DNA from: an uncultured Neglectibacter sp.
GTDB taxonomy: Bacteria > Bacillota > Clostridia > Oscillospirales > Acutalibacteraceae
Reading direction: 5' to 3'
Assembly (NCBI GenBank): GCA_946554335.1
Contig: CAMNSA010000011.1
Coordinates: forward strand, 12,158 to 76,157
Length of the DNA stretch: 64,000 bases
Part shown: positions 49,704-58,990 of the stretch, piece by piece
How the letters are laid out: every line of letters starts with the position of its first letter
How positions within the stretch are numbered: the first letter of the stretch is position 1
Made by a program: the position numbers and the translations under genes
Notes under the pieces: generated by a model
Told to the model about the DNA's origin: nothing
Databases searched by the model: none
The model's input: only the letters and a program-made list of their open reading frames with translations

Positions 49704-50903
49704 ATGAGAAAGCTTTATTCAGCCCTGGAGGTGAGAAGCGGGAGAGAGCTTCTGCTGCGGATTATGGGCAGACTCCACTTCGGCCTGATCGTGGCTGTTT
49801 TATACGCTATGGTCTGGGCCATTGTCTCTTCGGGAGAGAGTTTTCTGATCCCTTTTTTCCGGGGCTTTACCCTTACCGCGGCGTCTGTTCTCAGCTTTTA
49901 CGCGGAAAAGAAGCTGCGGAGCATGGGGCAGTTCCTCTTTGCCAGTCTGGGCGTTTCCCTGCTTTCCTGGCTGATGATGGGAAATATCGCGGGCCTTTTT
50001 CTCTCCGCTGTCATCTGCTTTTTCCGGGGCAGGGCAAGGCTTTCCGAGGTGCGGGAGGAGTCCTTGTTTGACAGCCCCCATCCGCTTGCGCTGTTACTTT
50101 TCCTCGTCCCCTTCCTGTGCGGGGCCGGCTTTGAATATTTCGATCTGCAAAAGCTCTGCCTGATCAGCGCCGTATGCTATGCTTTGGTCTGCATGGCGTT
50201 TTATGGATTACAGCGTATCGACGCTTATCTGAAGCTCAACGAGGGAATGAAGGGCCTTCCCTCTAAAAGGATCCTGCGCACAGCGGGCCTGGCGGTGGCT
50301 CTCATGACAGGAGCGGCGGCCCTTCTGCTGATCCCGGCGGCCTGGTTCGGCTTTCAAGGCTTGGCCATCGATTTCAGCGCTCTGGAACAGGGCGGCCTGC
50401 CGGTGATCCTTCCCGGAGAGCCTGCAGCCGTTTCTCAGGAGCAGATGGATTTTTCTCAGCTGCTCCCTGAAGGGCAGAAGCCCTGGTTTGAAATTCCACC
50501 CTTTGTCTTCTACCTTGTGTATGCCCTGTGCATAGGGGGGATCCTTCTGTTGGTGATCTACGGGGTCTATCGGATCATCCGCAGCTTTCGCTCTTCCTTT
50601 ACGGACAGTCGTGACCTGGTTCAGTTCCTCTCCCACAAGGAGGAGAGGAAGGAAGTGGTGGAGAAGAAGCGCGTCGGGAAAAGACCTTCCTTTTTTGACC
50701 GGTCGCCCAACGCCCTGGTGCGAAGGCGTTACCGCAGGGAGATCCTGAAACGGGCGAAGGAACGCCCAAGCTCGGCCCATACTCCCCGGGAGCTGGAAGC
50801 GGCTGCCGGAGTGCTAGACCCCGCTCTACACCGCCTTTATGAGAAAGCGAGATACAGCGAGGCCGGATGCACAGTGGAAGAAGCCAAAGGCGTAAGAGGC
50901 TGA
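49704..50903 (+). CDS. Polytopic membrane protein (DUF4129-like C-terminus)
   Basis: Multiple TM helices, C-terminal RRRY...TPREL...LYEKARYS; third gene of the moxR operon. Confidence 0.75.
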   Translation: MRKLYSALEVRSGRELLLRIMGRLHFGLIVAVLYAMVWAIVSSGESFLIPFFRGFTLTAASVLSFYAEKKLRSMGQFLFASLGVSLLSWLMMGNIAGLFLSAVICFFRGRARLSEVREESLFDSPHPLALLLFLVPFLCGAGFEYFDLQKLCLISAVCYALVCMAFYGLQRIDAYLKLNEGMKGLPSKRILRTAGLAVALMTGAAALLLIPAAWFGFQGLAIDFSALEQGGLPVILPGEPAAVSQEQMDFSQLLPEGQKPWFEIPPFVFYLVYALCIGGILLLVIYGVYRIIRSFRSSFTDSRDLVQFLSHKEERKEVVEKKRVGKRPSFFDRSPNALVRRRYRREILKRAKERPSSAHTPRELEAAAGVLDPALHRLYEKARYSEAGCTVEEAKGVRG

Positions 50904-50955
50904 TTCCCTGATAAAATATGAAAAGGCATATTGCTTTACAGATAGGGAGAGGAAC

Positions 50956-52302
50956 ATGGAACAGCAAAGCTTTTTTGAACACTCCCGGAAGGAGATTTCC
51001 GGCGTTCCCATTGCCGCCAGGATGCGGCCGGAGACGCTCAGTGAGTTTGTAGGGCAGGACCATTTGCTGGGAGAGGGGAAGATCCTGCGCCAGCTTATCG
51101 AGCAGGACCAGATCGCCTCCATGATCTTCTGGGGGCCTCCCGGCGTGGGGAAAACCACCTTGGCGAGGATCATCGCCAGGCACACTCAGGCAAATTTTGT
51201 GAATTTCAGCGCGGTGACAAGCGGGATCAAAGAGATCAAGGAAGTGATGAACAAGGCGGAACGCAGCCGTATTTTGGGGGAGCGGACCATCCTCTTTGTG
51301 GATGAGATCCACCGGTTCAACAAAGCTCAGCAGGACGCCTTCCTGCCCTTTGTGGAAAAGGGCAGCATTATTCTGATCGGCGCCACCACAGAAAACCCTT
51401 CCTTCGAGATCAATTCCGCTCTTTTGTCCCGGTGCAAGGTGTTTGTGCTGCAAAGCCTTTCCGTTTCCGTACTGTTAGAGCTTCTCCACCGGGCGCTGAA
51501 GGATGAAAGAGGCTTCGGCGGGCAGGAGATCTCCATTTCGGAAGAGCTTTTGGAATCTATCGCACGATTCGCAAACGGCGACGCCCGCATGGCCCTGGGG
51601 ACCCTGGAGATGGCTGTGCTCAACGGTGAGCGGAAGGGCCTTTGCACCAGGGTGACGGAGGAAAGCCTTGCCCAGTGCATCAGCAGAAAATCCCTCCTGT
51701 ACGATAAGAAAGGGGAAGAGCATTACAATATTATTTCAGCGCTGCACAAGTCTATGCGCAATTCAGACCCGGACGCAGCGGTCTACTGGCTTGCCAGGAT
51801 GCTGGAGGCGGGGGAGGACCCGCTCTATGTGGCCCGCAGGCTGATCCGCTTTGCCAGCGAGGATGTGGGAATGGCGGACAGCAGGGCGTTGGAGGTCGCG
51901 GTGGCGGCCTATCAGGCCAGCCATTTTATCGGGATGCCGGAATGTACGGTGAACCTGACCCATGCGGTGGTATATCTCTCGTTAGCGCCAAAATCCAATT
52001 CCCTCTATCGTGCCTATGAAACGGCCAAGGAGGACGCGGGGAAAATGCTGGCGGAGCCGGTGCCGCTTTGGATCCGCAACGCACCCACCGCCTTGATGAA
52101 AGAGCTGCATTATGGAGAAGGGTATCAATATGCCCATGATACAGAGGAAAAGCTTACCTCCATGCAGTGCCTTCCGGAATCCCTTTGGGGGAAAAAATAT
52201 TATCTGCCCACGGAAGAGGGCAGTGAGCGCCGGGCGGGAGAAAGGCTCAGGCAGATTGAGGAGTGGAAGGAACAAAAACGAAAAGCGACAACTCATTTAT
52301 AG
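50956..52302 (+). CDS. rarA: Replication-associated recombination protein A
   Basis: PIAARMRP, WGPPGVGKTT, DEIHRFNKAQQD, ISALHKSMRNSDPDA, ASEDVG. Confidence 0.95.
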   Translation: MEQQSFFEHSRKEISGVPIAARMRPETLSEFVGQDHLLGEGKILRQLIEQDQIASMIFWGPPGVGKTTLARIIARHTQANFVNFSAVTSGIKEIKEVMNKAERSRILGERTILFVDEIHRFNKAQQDAFLPFVEKGSIILIGATTENPSFEINSALLSRCKVFVLQSLSVSVLLELLHRALKDERGFGGQEISISEELLESIARFANGDARMALGTLEMAVLNGERKGLCTRVTEESLAQCISRKSLLYDKKGEEHYNIISALHKSMRNSDPDAAVYWLARMLEAGEDPLYVARRLIRFASEDVGMADSRALEVAVAAYQASHFIGMPECTVNLTHAVVYLSLAPKSNSLYRAYETAKEDAGKMLAEPVPLWIRNAPTALMKELHYGEGYQYAHDTEEKLTSMQCLPESLWGKKYYLPTEEGSERRAGERLRQIEEWKEQKRKATTHL

Positions 52303-52305
52303 ATA

Positions 52306-52347
52306 AAAACAGCTCCGAAAAGGTGTGAACCTTTCCGGAGCTGTTTT
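52306..52347. terminator. Bidirectional intrinsic terminator
   Basis: AAAACAGCTCCG...CGGAGCTGTTTT between convergent genes. Confidence 0.8.
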
Positions 52348-52376
52348 GTATGAAAGGGAAAACGATCATCGGACGA

Positions 52377-54686
52377 TCAGGAGAAAAGGCCCTTGATCCT
52401 GTCCCAAAAGCTCGTTTCCTGGGAAGAGGAGAAGCTGCTTTTCTCCTCGCTTTCTTCTGTGGACTCTTCTTTTTGTTCCGGTACGGGAGCCGCTGAAGTG
52501 CGCATGACAAATTTTACGGTAAAGTCCATTTCATCGCTGCACCCGGAGCCCCGGTAGGCCTTGGCCTTCTCGCCCATCGCCTTTAAAACCTTCCCCAGCT
52601 CAGAGTCCGGATCAACCATGGAGAGAAGCCTTCCGATCGCCTCGTCGGCGTAGGTGTCCATCCCGGTTTTCAGCTCATCGGTGCCATCCTTCAGCTGAGA
52701 AGCACCGCTTTGGAACTGCGTAATGGAGTCAGAGACAGTCTTGCTGGAGGAGGAAAGGGTAGTAAGCCCGGAGAAGAGCGTACCGGCGCCTGAGGAGAGC
52801 TGATTCACTCCTCCGGCAAAGGCTCCGGCTCCGTCTGCCAGAGCGCCGGCGCCTTCACTGAGGGTTTTTGCCCCGGAAGCCAGAAGACCGGAAGCGCCCA
52901 CCACGGTGGAAGGATCGTTGGGAGCTGCCTCGTTATAGAGAGAAGAGGTGAGAGTGTCCACCTGAGAAAGCATACCGTTTGCTTCCTGAGAGAGAGTTTT
53001 GAACTCCCCTAGAAGGGAGGAAAACTCACCGGTGTCGATCTGCGGGATCTGGGAGGTTACAGCGGAAATTGCCTCGCCGCGTGCCGCCTGCATCTGTGAA
53101 GAGCCGCAGACAGCGGCGCTGATTTCCGATGCTGCCTGGTCCGTGATCGGATTTTCACTGAGAGCGGCAAGGGGCAGAGCATCCTTGAGCCCTTGGGTAG
53201 CTCCATCGGAAAGATCAGAAGCGGCCTGCGCCTGACCGGACTGCATGGCAGACAGAATGGCCTGCTGCTGCATATCACTGAGGCCCAGCTCGGGAGAGGT
53301 AAGAACTGTCTGCAAAATTCCCAGATCGACGCTTTGCGTTGAAGAAACGATCTGCCCTGCGGCAGGAGAAAAGTCAACCTCTGAAAGAGAGGAGGAGATC
53401 CTTTCTGTAACGACCTGTCCCGCCGCCTTGGCCCCTGCCTTGGAAGCACCCTGCGCAGCCTGGTCGAATACGGTTCCGACTCCCTGAGAAAGCGCGCCGG
53501 AAAGCGAAGAGAGATCCGGAATCGTAAGAGAGTCAAGCCGTGAGGAAAGCACGGAAATCTTCCCCTTTAAAGCCGCTTCCTGCTCTTTTGCGGCGGTGAG
53601 TCCGGGGACCAGTTGATTGTTAAGCGTATTGGAAAGCGTTCCGGAGCCGGACTGAAGCTGTTGTGCGCCGTCTGCCAGCTCTCTGGACTTTTCGGACAGC
53701 AGATCTGCGTTTTTCAGAAGTGTTTCCCCTCCCTGGGAGAGCTGCCACGAGCCGGAACGGGCGCTTTCCAGCCCCTCGTCAAATTGGGCGTACCCTTTGG
53801 AAAATTCGGCAAGCTTTTCCACCAAAGTGGAAGTGGCTTCATTCAGTGATTGCACGCCGTCCTGCAGTTTTTCAGTGGCATTTTTCAGCTCTTTGAAATC
53901 TTCTGGGAGCTCTGCCATTTCCAAATCAAGGCCCTTGAGGCTGGGAGAGGCTGCGAACAGGAAGGTGGGAGCGGAAAATTCAGTGACATCGGCTTCGATG
54001 GTGCAGGTATCTTCCAGAAATTCCTCCAGCTCTGAGAGGCTTTCCGGTATCAAGCCCTCAAGGGAATCTCCAGCGCCGGGCAAACTGAGAAAACAGATGA
54101 GCTGAGTTTTTGCGTCATTCTCTGTAATGCCCTTTTCCGTTTTTACGTTCTGGAAGGTGTCTGTGGGCAGCAAAGCGGAGGCCACGGTGAAAAAAGGTGT
54201 GGCGATCTCCCGCTTTTTTCCGTCGATCTCCACTTTTGAAATTTCGTTGTTCTGAAGGGAAATCTCTATTCTTAAATGACCGCTTTTTCCAGCGAGTTCT
54301 GTGGGGGAAAGCTCTTTCCCATCAAGCCGGTAGGAGATGGAAACGGAAATCGGAGAGGGAATCGAAGAGCTTCCCTGATAGTAGAGGTCTGTTTCCCCAG
54401 TGTTCCAGATCAGAGCGCCGTCCTTTTTCTGAGGCTGGGTATCACTTTTCAGATTTTCCGGCGCTTCCAGCCCGCTTTGATCTTCCACATTGGAAAATCC
54501 CCGGTCGCTGTGGAGCCAGTCGCTTACGATCTCTTCTTTTACAGTACCGTCTTCCTCCAGGATCAGATAGACAGTTTCCGATTTGGAGATCTGTGAGCTT
54601 TCCGCAGCAAAGGCGGAAGAGGTGCTGCTGGTCAGAAGAAAAAGAGAAAGCAGCAGGGCAATGGCTTTTTGAAGCTGTTTTTTCAT
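52377..54686 (-). CDS. Secreted YhgE/Pip-like coiled-coil protein with X-X-X-Leu-X-X-Gly heptads
   Basis: Signal peptide, KSETVY...DWL, ELAGKSG, repeated LADGA/LSSGA heptads; downstream of an MMPL gene. Confidence 0.8.
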   Translation of the reverse strand: MKKQLQKAIALLLSLFLLTSSTSSAFAAESSQISKSETVYLILEEDGTVKEEIVSDWLHSDRGFSNVEDQSGLEAPENLKSDTQPQKKDGALIWNTGETDLYYQGSSSIPSPISVSISYRLDGKELSPTELAGKSGHLRIEISLQNNEISKVEIDGKKREIATPFFTVASALLPTDTFQNVKTEKGITENDAKTQLICFLSLPGAGDSLEGLIPESLSELEEFLEDTCTIEADVTEFSAPTFLFAASPSLKGLDLEMAELPEDFKELKNATEKLQDGVQSLNEATSTLVEKLAEFSKGYAQFDEGLESARSGSWQLSQGGETLLKNADLLSEKSRELADGAQQLQSGSGTLSNTLNNQLVPGLTAAKEQEAALKGKISVLSSRLDSLTIPDLSSLSGALSQGVGTVFDQAAQGASKAGAKAAGQVVTERISSSLSEVDFSPAAGQIVSSTQSVDLGILQTVLTSPELGLSDMQQQAILSAMQSGQAQAASDLSDGATQGLKDALPLAALSENPITDQAASEISAAVCGSSQMQAARGEAISAVTSQIPQIDTGEFSSLLGEFKTLSQEANGMLSQVDTLTSSLYNEAAPNDPSTVVGASGLLASGAKTLSEGAGALADGAGAFAGGVNQLSSGAGTLFSGLTTLSSSSKTVSDSITQFQSGASQLKDGTDELKTGMDTYADEAIGRLLSMVDPDSELGKVLKAMGEKAKAYRGSGCSDEMDFTVKFVMRTSAAPVPEQKEESTEESEEKSSFSSSQETSFWDRIKGLFS

Positions 54687-56773
54687 GATAAAGGTTCTCC
54701 TTTCTGTTCAGGAATGATCCAATGATAGGTGGTCTTTTTCAGCAGCGGGGCGCACAGGCTCAAGAGAGCGGGCAGAACCAGCAGAATCACGGCCATGCTG
54801 ATGAGTGCGCCGCGGCTGATCAAACGGCAAAGGCTTCCGATCAGTTCCATTTTGGAAACCAGAGACACGCTGAAGGTAGCCGCAAAGAAGGTAAGCCCGC
54901 TGGTCAAAACGCTTTGGCTGCACTGCTCTACAGCGATCTGTGCGGCCTCTTTGGCGTTTTTTCCCTTACTCATTTCCTCGCGGAACCGGGTGGTGATCAG
55001 GATCGCATAGTCTACAGTAGCACCCAGCTGGATCGTGCCGATCACGATGCTTGCGATGAAAGGAAGCGTCTGCCCTGCAAAATAAGGGATCCCAAGGTTG
55101 ATCATGATGGCGCTTTCAATGGCGGCCACAAGCAGTACCGGCACGGAAATAGAACGGAAGGTGAGTGCAACAATTAAAAATACAGCCAGAATACTAACGA
55201 AATTGACATTTCTGAAATCTACATCCGCAACTTCGATGAGATCCTTTGTCATGGCGCCTTCTCCGGTAATAATGCCCTCCGGATCACAGCTTTTGACGAT
55301 CTTTTGCAGCTTTGAAAGCTGAAGGCTCTGTTCGTCCGTACCGCTTTTGTAGGAGGAATTTGCCAGAAGAAGCTTTTTCCCGCCGGCCTCAAAAATTTCA
55401 CGGACCTCATCGGGAAGAAAATCTTCCGGGATCCCGGCGCCTAAAAACTTCTCATAGCTTAATACCTGGTGGATCCCATCCACTTTTTCCAGATTTGCGG
55501 TAAGCTCCTGAAGCTGTTTTTCGGGAAGATCCTCATCTACCAGAATAAAGTGGGAGGTGGTCATACCGAAATCATCTTTCAGACGGTTTGTACCTGCGAT
55601 TCCGGGAAGCGTCTGGGGCAGGGCGTCGGTAATGGTGTAATATACGGGTACTTTTGCCTGAGCGATGGCAAAGGGAATAAAGCAGACCAGAAAAATCACC
55701 AGCAGCGGCACACGGCGCTTGACTACAAAACGGGAAAGGTGCTTCAATTTGGGGATCAGGATGCGGTGGGTGTGCTTCTGAATGGAGCGGCGGAAGGTCA
55801 TGATCAGGGCGGGCAGTATCGTTAAGGTGCACAGGACGCCTAAAAGCACGCCCTTTGCCATGACGATCCCGATGTCTCTTCCCAGAGTAAGCCGCATGGT
55901 GCACAGAGCCAAAAAACCTGCGATGGTGGTCAATGAGCTTGCGGAAATGGAGGAGAAGGTTTTCTCTATTGCGTACACCATTGCATCCTCATCTTCCGCT
56001 CCGCTGTTTCGCTCTTCCTCAAACCGGTGCAAAAGGAAAATAGAGAAGTCCATTGTAACGCCCAGCTGCAAAACAGTAGCCAGTGCTTCTGTGATGTAGC
56101 TGATTTCTCCCAGGAAGATATTGGTGCCGAAATTATAGGCAATGGGGAATATCATACCCAGAAGGAACAGCAGCGGGACGACGGTCTCTTTCAGGCTTAA
56201 AAACAGGATCAACAGAGAAGCGCCTACCGCGCACAGAATATACAGCGGCATTTCTTCCTGCACCAGGGCTTTGGTATCCTCCAGGATCGCGGACATACCG
56301 CCGATGAAGCAGTTTTTCCGCAGCATATTTTTGATTTCCCGCTGGGCCTTCATTGTAATTTCATGGGCACTGGGGTTCTCAAACTGCACGATCAGCATGG
56401 TCGCGCCGTTTTCACTGTAGAAGAACTTTTGCAGGTCACCGGGGAGCATTTCCTTTGGAGTGCTGACATCCAGAAGGTCGCTGGTCCACAGTACGCTTTT
56501 GACTCCCGGAATTTCTGAGAGCTCTTCCTTCAGCTTTAAAGTTTCCGCAGTGGGCATATGCTCTATGGTGATCATGGAGGTGGAGGCCATTTGAAAGTCG
56601 TCTTCCAGACATTGCTCTCCTATGATTGACTCCAGGTCTTCCGGCAGATAGGTCAGGATATCATAGTTGATATAGGTTCCCACTGCTCCGAGCAGAGAGG
56701 GGATCAACAGCAGCACTGCCAGAATCAGAATGAGCTTCCTGCGGCGAACGATCCATCTTGCAAAGCGTTCCAT
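54683..56773 (-). CDS. MMPL/RND family transporter
   Basis: INYDILTYLP, QLGVTMDFSIFLLHRF, QLGATVDYAIL; two TM bundles. Confidence 0.9.
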   Translation of the reverse strand: MERFARWIVRRRKLILILAVLLLIPSLLGAVGTYINYDILTYLPEDLESIIGEQCLEDDFQMASTSMITIEHMPTAETLKLKEELSEIPGVKSVLWTSDLLDVSTPKEMLPGDLQKFFYSENGATMLIVQFENPSAHEITMKAQREIKNMLRKNCFIGGMSAILEDTKALVQEEMPLYILCAVGASLLILFLSLKETVVPLLFLLGMIFPIAYNFGTNIFLGEISYITEALATVLQLGVTMDFSIFLLHRFEEERNSGAEDEDAMVYAIEKTFSSISASSLTTIAGFLALCTMRLTLGRDIGIVMAKGVLLGVLCTLTILPALIMTFRRSIQKHTHRILIPKLKHLSRFVVKRRVPLLVIFLVCFIPFAIAQAKVPVYYTITDALPQTLPGIAGTNRLKDDFGMTTSHFILVDEDLPEKQLQELTANLEKVDGIHQVLSYEKFLGAGIPEDFLPDEVREIFEAGGKKLLLANSSYKSGTDEQSLQLSKLQKIVKSCDPEGIITGEGAMTKDLIEVADVDFRNVNFVSILAVFLIVALTFRSISVPVLLVAAIESAIMINLGIPYFAGQTLPFIASIVIGTIQLGATVDYAILITTRFREEMSKGKNAKEAAQIAVEQCSQSVLTSGLTFFAATFSVSLVSKMELIGSLCRLISRGALISMAVILLVLPALLSLCAPLLKKTTYHWIIPEQKGEPLS

Positions 56774-56797
56774 TCCTTTGCATCCGTCCTTTCTTAA

Positions 56798-56910
56798 AAA
56801 ATGTCTAACAGTCATTTTTTGACTGTCCTTATCTTATGCTAAAAATGACTGTTAGTCAATAATTGAAGTAGACGAAGAAAAAGAGAAAAATAAAATGACT
56901 ATTAGTCAAT
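56798..56910. promoter_or_regulatory. Three TetR-type operator copies in the divergent promoter region
   Basis: AAATGACTGTTAGTCAAT (56843-56860), AAATGACTATTAGTCAAT (56893-56910), and an inverted variant at ~56798-56817; core TGACT-N3-AGTCA. Confidence 0.75.
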
Positions 56911-57052
56911 TTAACGAAAATATAGATTTCCCTTGCTTTTTCACGATGTCGGAAGTTATACTGAGAAAAACAAGATATCTGATCTGCGGTATTTTTTGAT
57001 TTTGCAGAGCGGGAAAGCGACGCAAAACGAGGTAAGGGGTGGGCACATTATT

Positions 57053-57643
57053 ATGGGAAAAGTGACGGACGAAAAAAAGGAACAGAAAAAGCAGGGCCTG
57101 TTGGCAGCGGCTTACCAGCTGTTTCTGGAAAAGGGTGTGGCAAAGACCTCAGTTGATGAAATCGTGAAAGGCGCCAATGTTGCCAAGGGCACCTTTTATC
57201 TCTACTTCCATGATAAGGAACACCTGCTGCAGCAGCTTGCCTATCAGATCTCTGTTCGAGTGCTCGGGGAGGGCTATGAGTTCGTCCATGCCCATCAAAC
57301 CGGAGATTTTGTAGAGAATGTAGTGCTGCTGATCGATTATGTCATCGAATATTTCAAACGCAATAAGCTGACGCTGCGTATTCTCGAGCGAAACTTCTCC
57401 TGGCCTATGGTAGAACGGAAGCTGAGCTTGCGGGAGGACGACTTTTGGGACAGGCTGATGACTGCGGCAGAATCGGGAGAATTCGCCCGTGGGCGCACGG
57501 AGGACGAGCTTTTTAAAATTGTTTTTATCATCATTGAGATGATTGGTTCCGTTTGCTTTTCCTCTATTATTGAGGGAAAACCTGATCAGATTGACCGGAT
57601 GAAACCGGTGCTGTATGACATGGTTCGAAAAATGCTTTCCTGA
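57053..57643 (+). CDS. TetR/AcrR family regulator
   Basis: LFLEKG..KTSVDEIVKGANVAKGTFYLYFHDK. Confidence 0.93.
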   Translation: MGKVTDEKKEQKKQGLLAAAYQLFLEKGVAKTSVDEIVKGANVAKGTFYLYFHDKEHLLQQLAYQISVRVLGEGYEFVHAHQTGDFVENVVLLIDYVIEYFKRNKLTLRILERNFSWPMVERKLSLREDDFWDRLMTAAESGEFARGRTEDELFKIVFIIIEMIGSVCFSSIIEGKPDQIDRMKPVLYDMVRKMLS

Positions 57644-57675
57644 AAGAATCTGAAAGATCAGAGGTATCAAAATCA

Positions 57676-57708
57676 AAAAGCCCGCTTCCCAAAAGGAAGC
57701 GGGCTTTT
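57676..57708. terminator. Bidirectional intrinsic terminator
   Basis: AAAAGCCCGCTTCC-loop-GGAAGCGGGCTTTT. Confidence 0.85.
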
Positions 57709-57730
57709 AAGGCTTGTTTTAAAAGGGTGG

Positions 57731-58990
57731 CTATTCGTGGCGCAAGGCGTCGATGGGGTTTAGATTGGCCGCCTTTACGGAGGGCAGCAAGCCAAACAGG
57801 ATGCCGATGGCCATGGAGAACAGCACAGCAAGGAAAATAAAGGGAACACTGATGGAGACGGGAGCCTGGGTCAGGGAAGAGATCAGCATGGAAAGGCCAA
57901 ATCCGGCTCCTACGCCCAAGATGCCTCCCAGGCTGGTGAGTACGGCGGCCTCTGTCAAAAACTGCCAGAGGATCCTGCTCTTCTTAGCGCCGATCGCTTT
58001 TTTCAAACCGATTTCCCGGGTGCGTTCTGTTACCGATACCAGCATGATATTCATCACGCCGATACCGCCTACCAAAAGCGAGATACTGGCGATCCAAATC
58101 AGCTGTTGGTTGGTGGCATTGCTCAGATCCTGCAGCTCCTTGGCCTTTTGCAGGGTGTCCTCGCCCCGGTAGTGGATCTCTTTATTGGTGTTGTAGGAAT
58201 TGAGCAGATCTGCCGCGTCCTTGCCCACCGTGGACATGGCCTCGGTACTGGAGGCCTGTACAGACATCTCCTGGGGCTCGTCGTAGGAGAAAAGAGTGGG
58301 CCAGATGCTGTTGGGCAGAAAGATCTTTCCGCCGGAGGAGGACTGGGCATAGGTGAAATAATCTTCTATGCTGTTGATGACCGGCTCAAATTTCCGGTTT
58401 TCCTCCACGACGCCCACAATGACCAGAGCGATAGAGCTGTACTCAATGGTTTTTCCCACGGCTTCTTCGCCCTGAAACAGCAGCTTTGCCGTGTTGTCGT
58501 CAATGACGGCGACAGCCCGAAAGTCCCGGAAATCCTTGGGCATAAAGGTCCTGCCCCGCTTGACGCGGTAGCCGCAGGTGGTGAAGTAGGAATTGTCGAT
58601 CCCATATACCTCCGCCCCGGAAAGCTCGGTGTTTCCGTAATAGAAGGAGGCGTCGTAGCTCTGCCTGCGGTTATAGACCGCGGCGTTTTCCACATTGGGA
58701 AGCTCTAAAACCTCCTGATAGAGGTCATCGGAGATCTGGGGGATCCCCTCCGGGATCCCTTCGTAATTGACTTCGTAAACATAATCGGCGTCCTGGCGGT
58801 ACAGCTGGATCTTCACCACATTGTTGCCGGAGCCGATCAGATTCTGCTTGATCTGTTCATTGGTCCCCTTAATGGTGGACACAATGGAGATGATGGAGGC
58901 AATGCCGATAATGATGCCCAGCATAGTCAGAACGGAACGCAGCTTGTGTGACCAGATGCCTTGAAAGGAAAGTCGAATATTCTCAATCAC
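57731..58990 (-). CDS. MacB/FtsX-type ABC permease
   Basis: RSVLTMLGIIIG, LLVGGIGVMNIMLVSVTERTREIG, LNPIDALR. Confidence 0.95.
   Translation of the reverse strand: MIENIRLSFQGIWSHKLRSVLTMLGIIIGIASIISIVSTIKGTNEQIKQNLIGSGNNVVKIQLYRQDADYVYEVNYEGIPEGIPQISDDLYQEVLELPNVENAAVYNRRQSYDASFYYGNTELSGAEVYGIDNSYFTTCGYRVKRGRTFMPKDFRDFRAVAVIDDNTAKLLFQGEEAVGKTIEYSSIALVIVGVVEENRKFEPVINSIEDYFTYAQSSSGGKIFLPNSIWPTLFSYDEPQEMSVQASSTEAMSTVGKDAADLLNSYNTNKEIHYRGEDTLQKAKELQDLSNATNQQLIWIASISLLVGGIGVMNIMLVSVTERTREIGLKKAIGAKKSRILWQFLTEAAVLTSLGGILGVGAGFGLSMLISSLTQAPVSISVPFIFLAVLFSMAIGILFGLLPSVKAANLNPIDALRHE

Noticed and set aside
47602-50903. MoxR-DUF58-membrane protein operon as a new defence or chaperone system
   Set aside because: This is a widespread, known gene arrangement with no unusual features seen.
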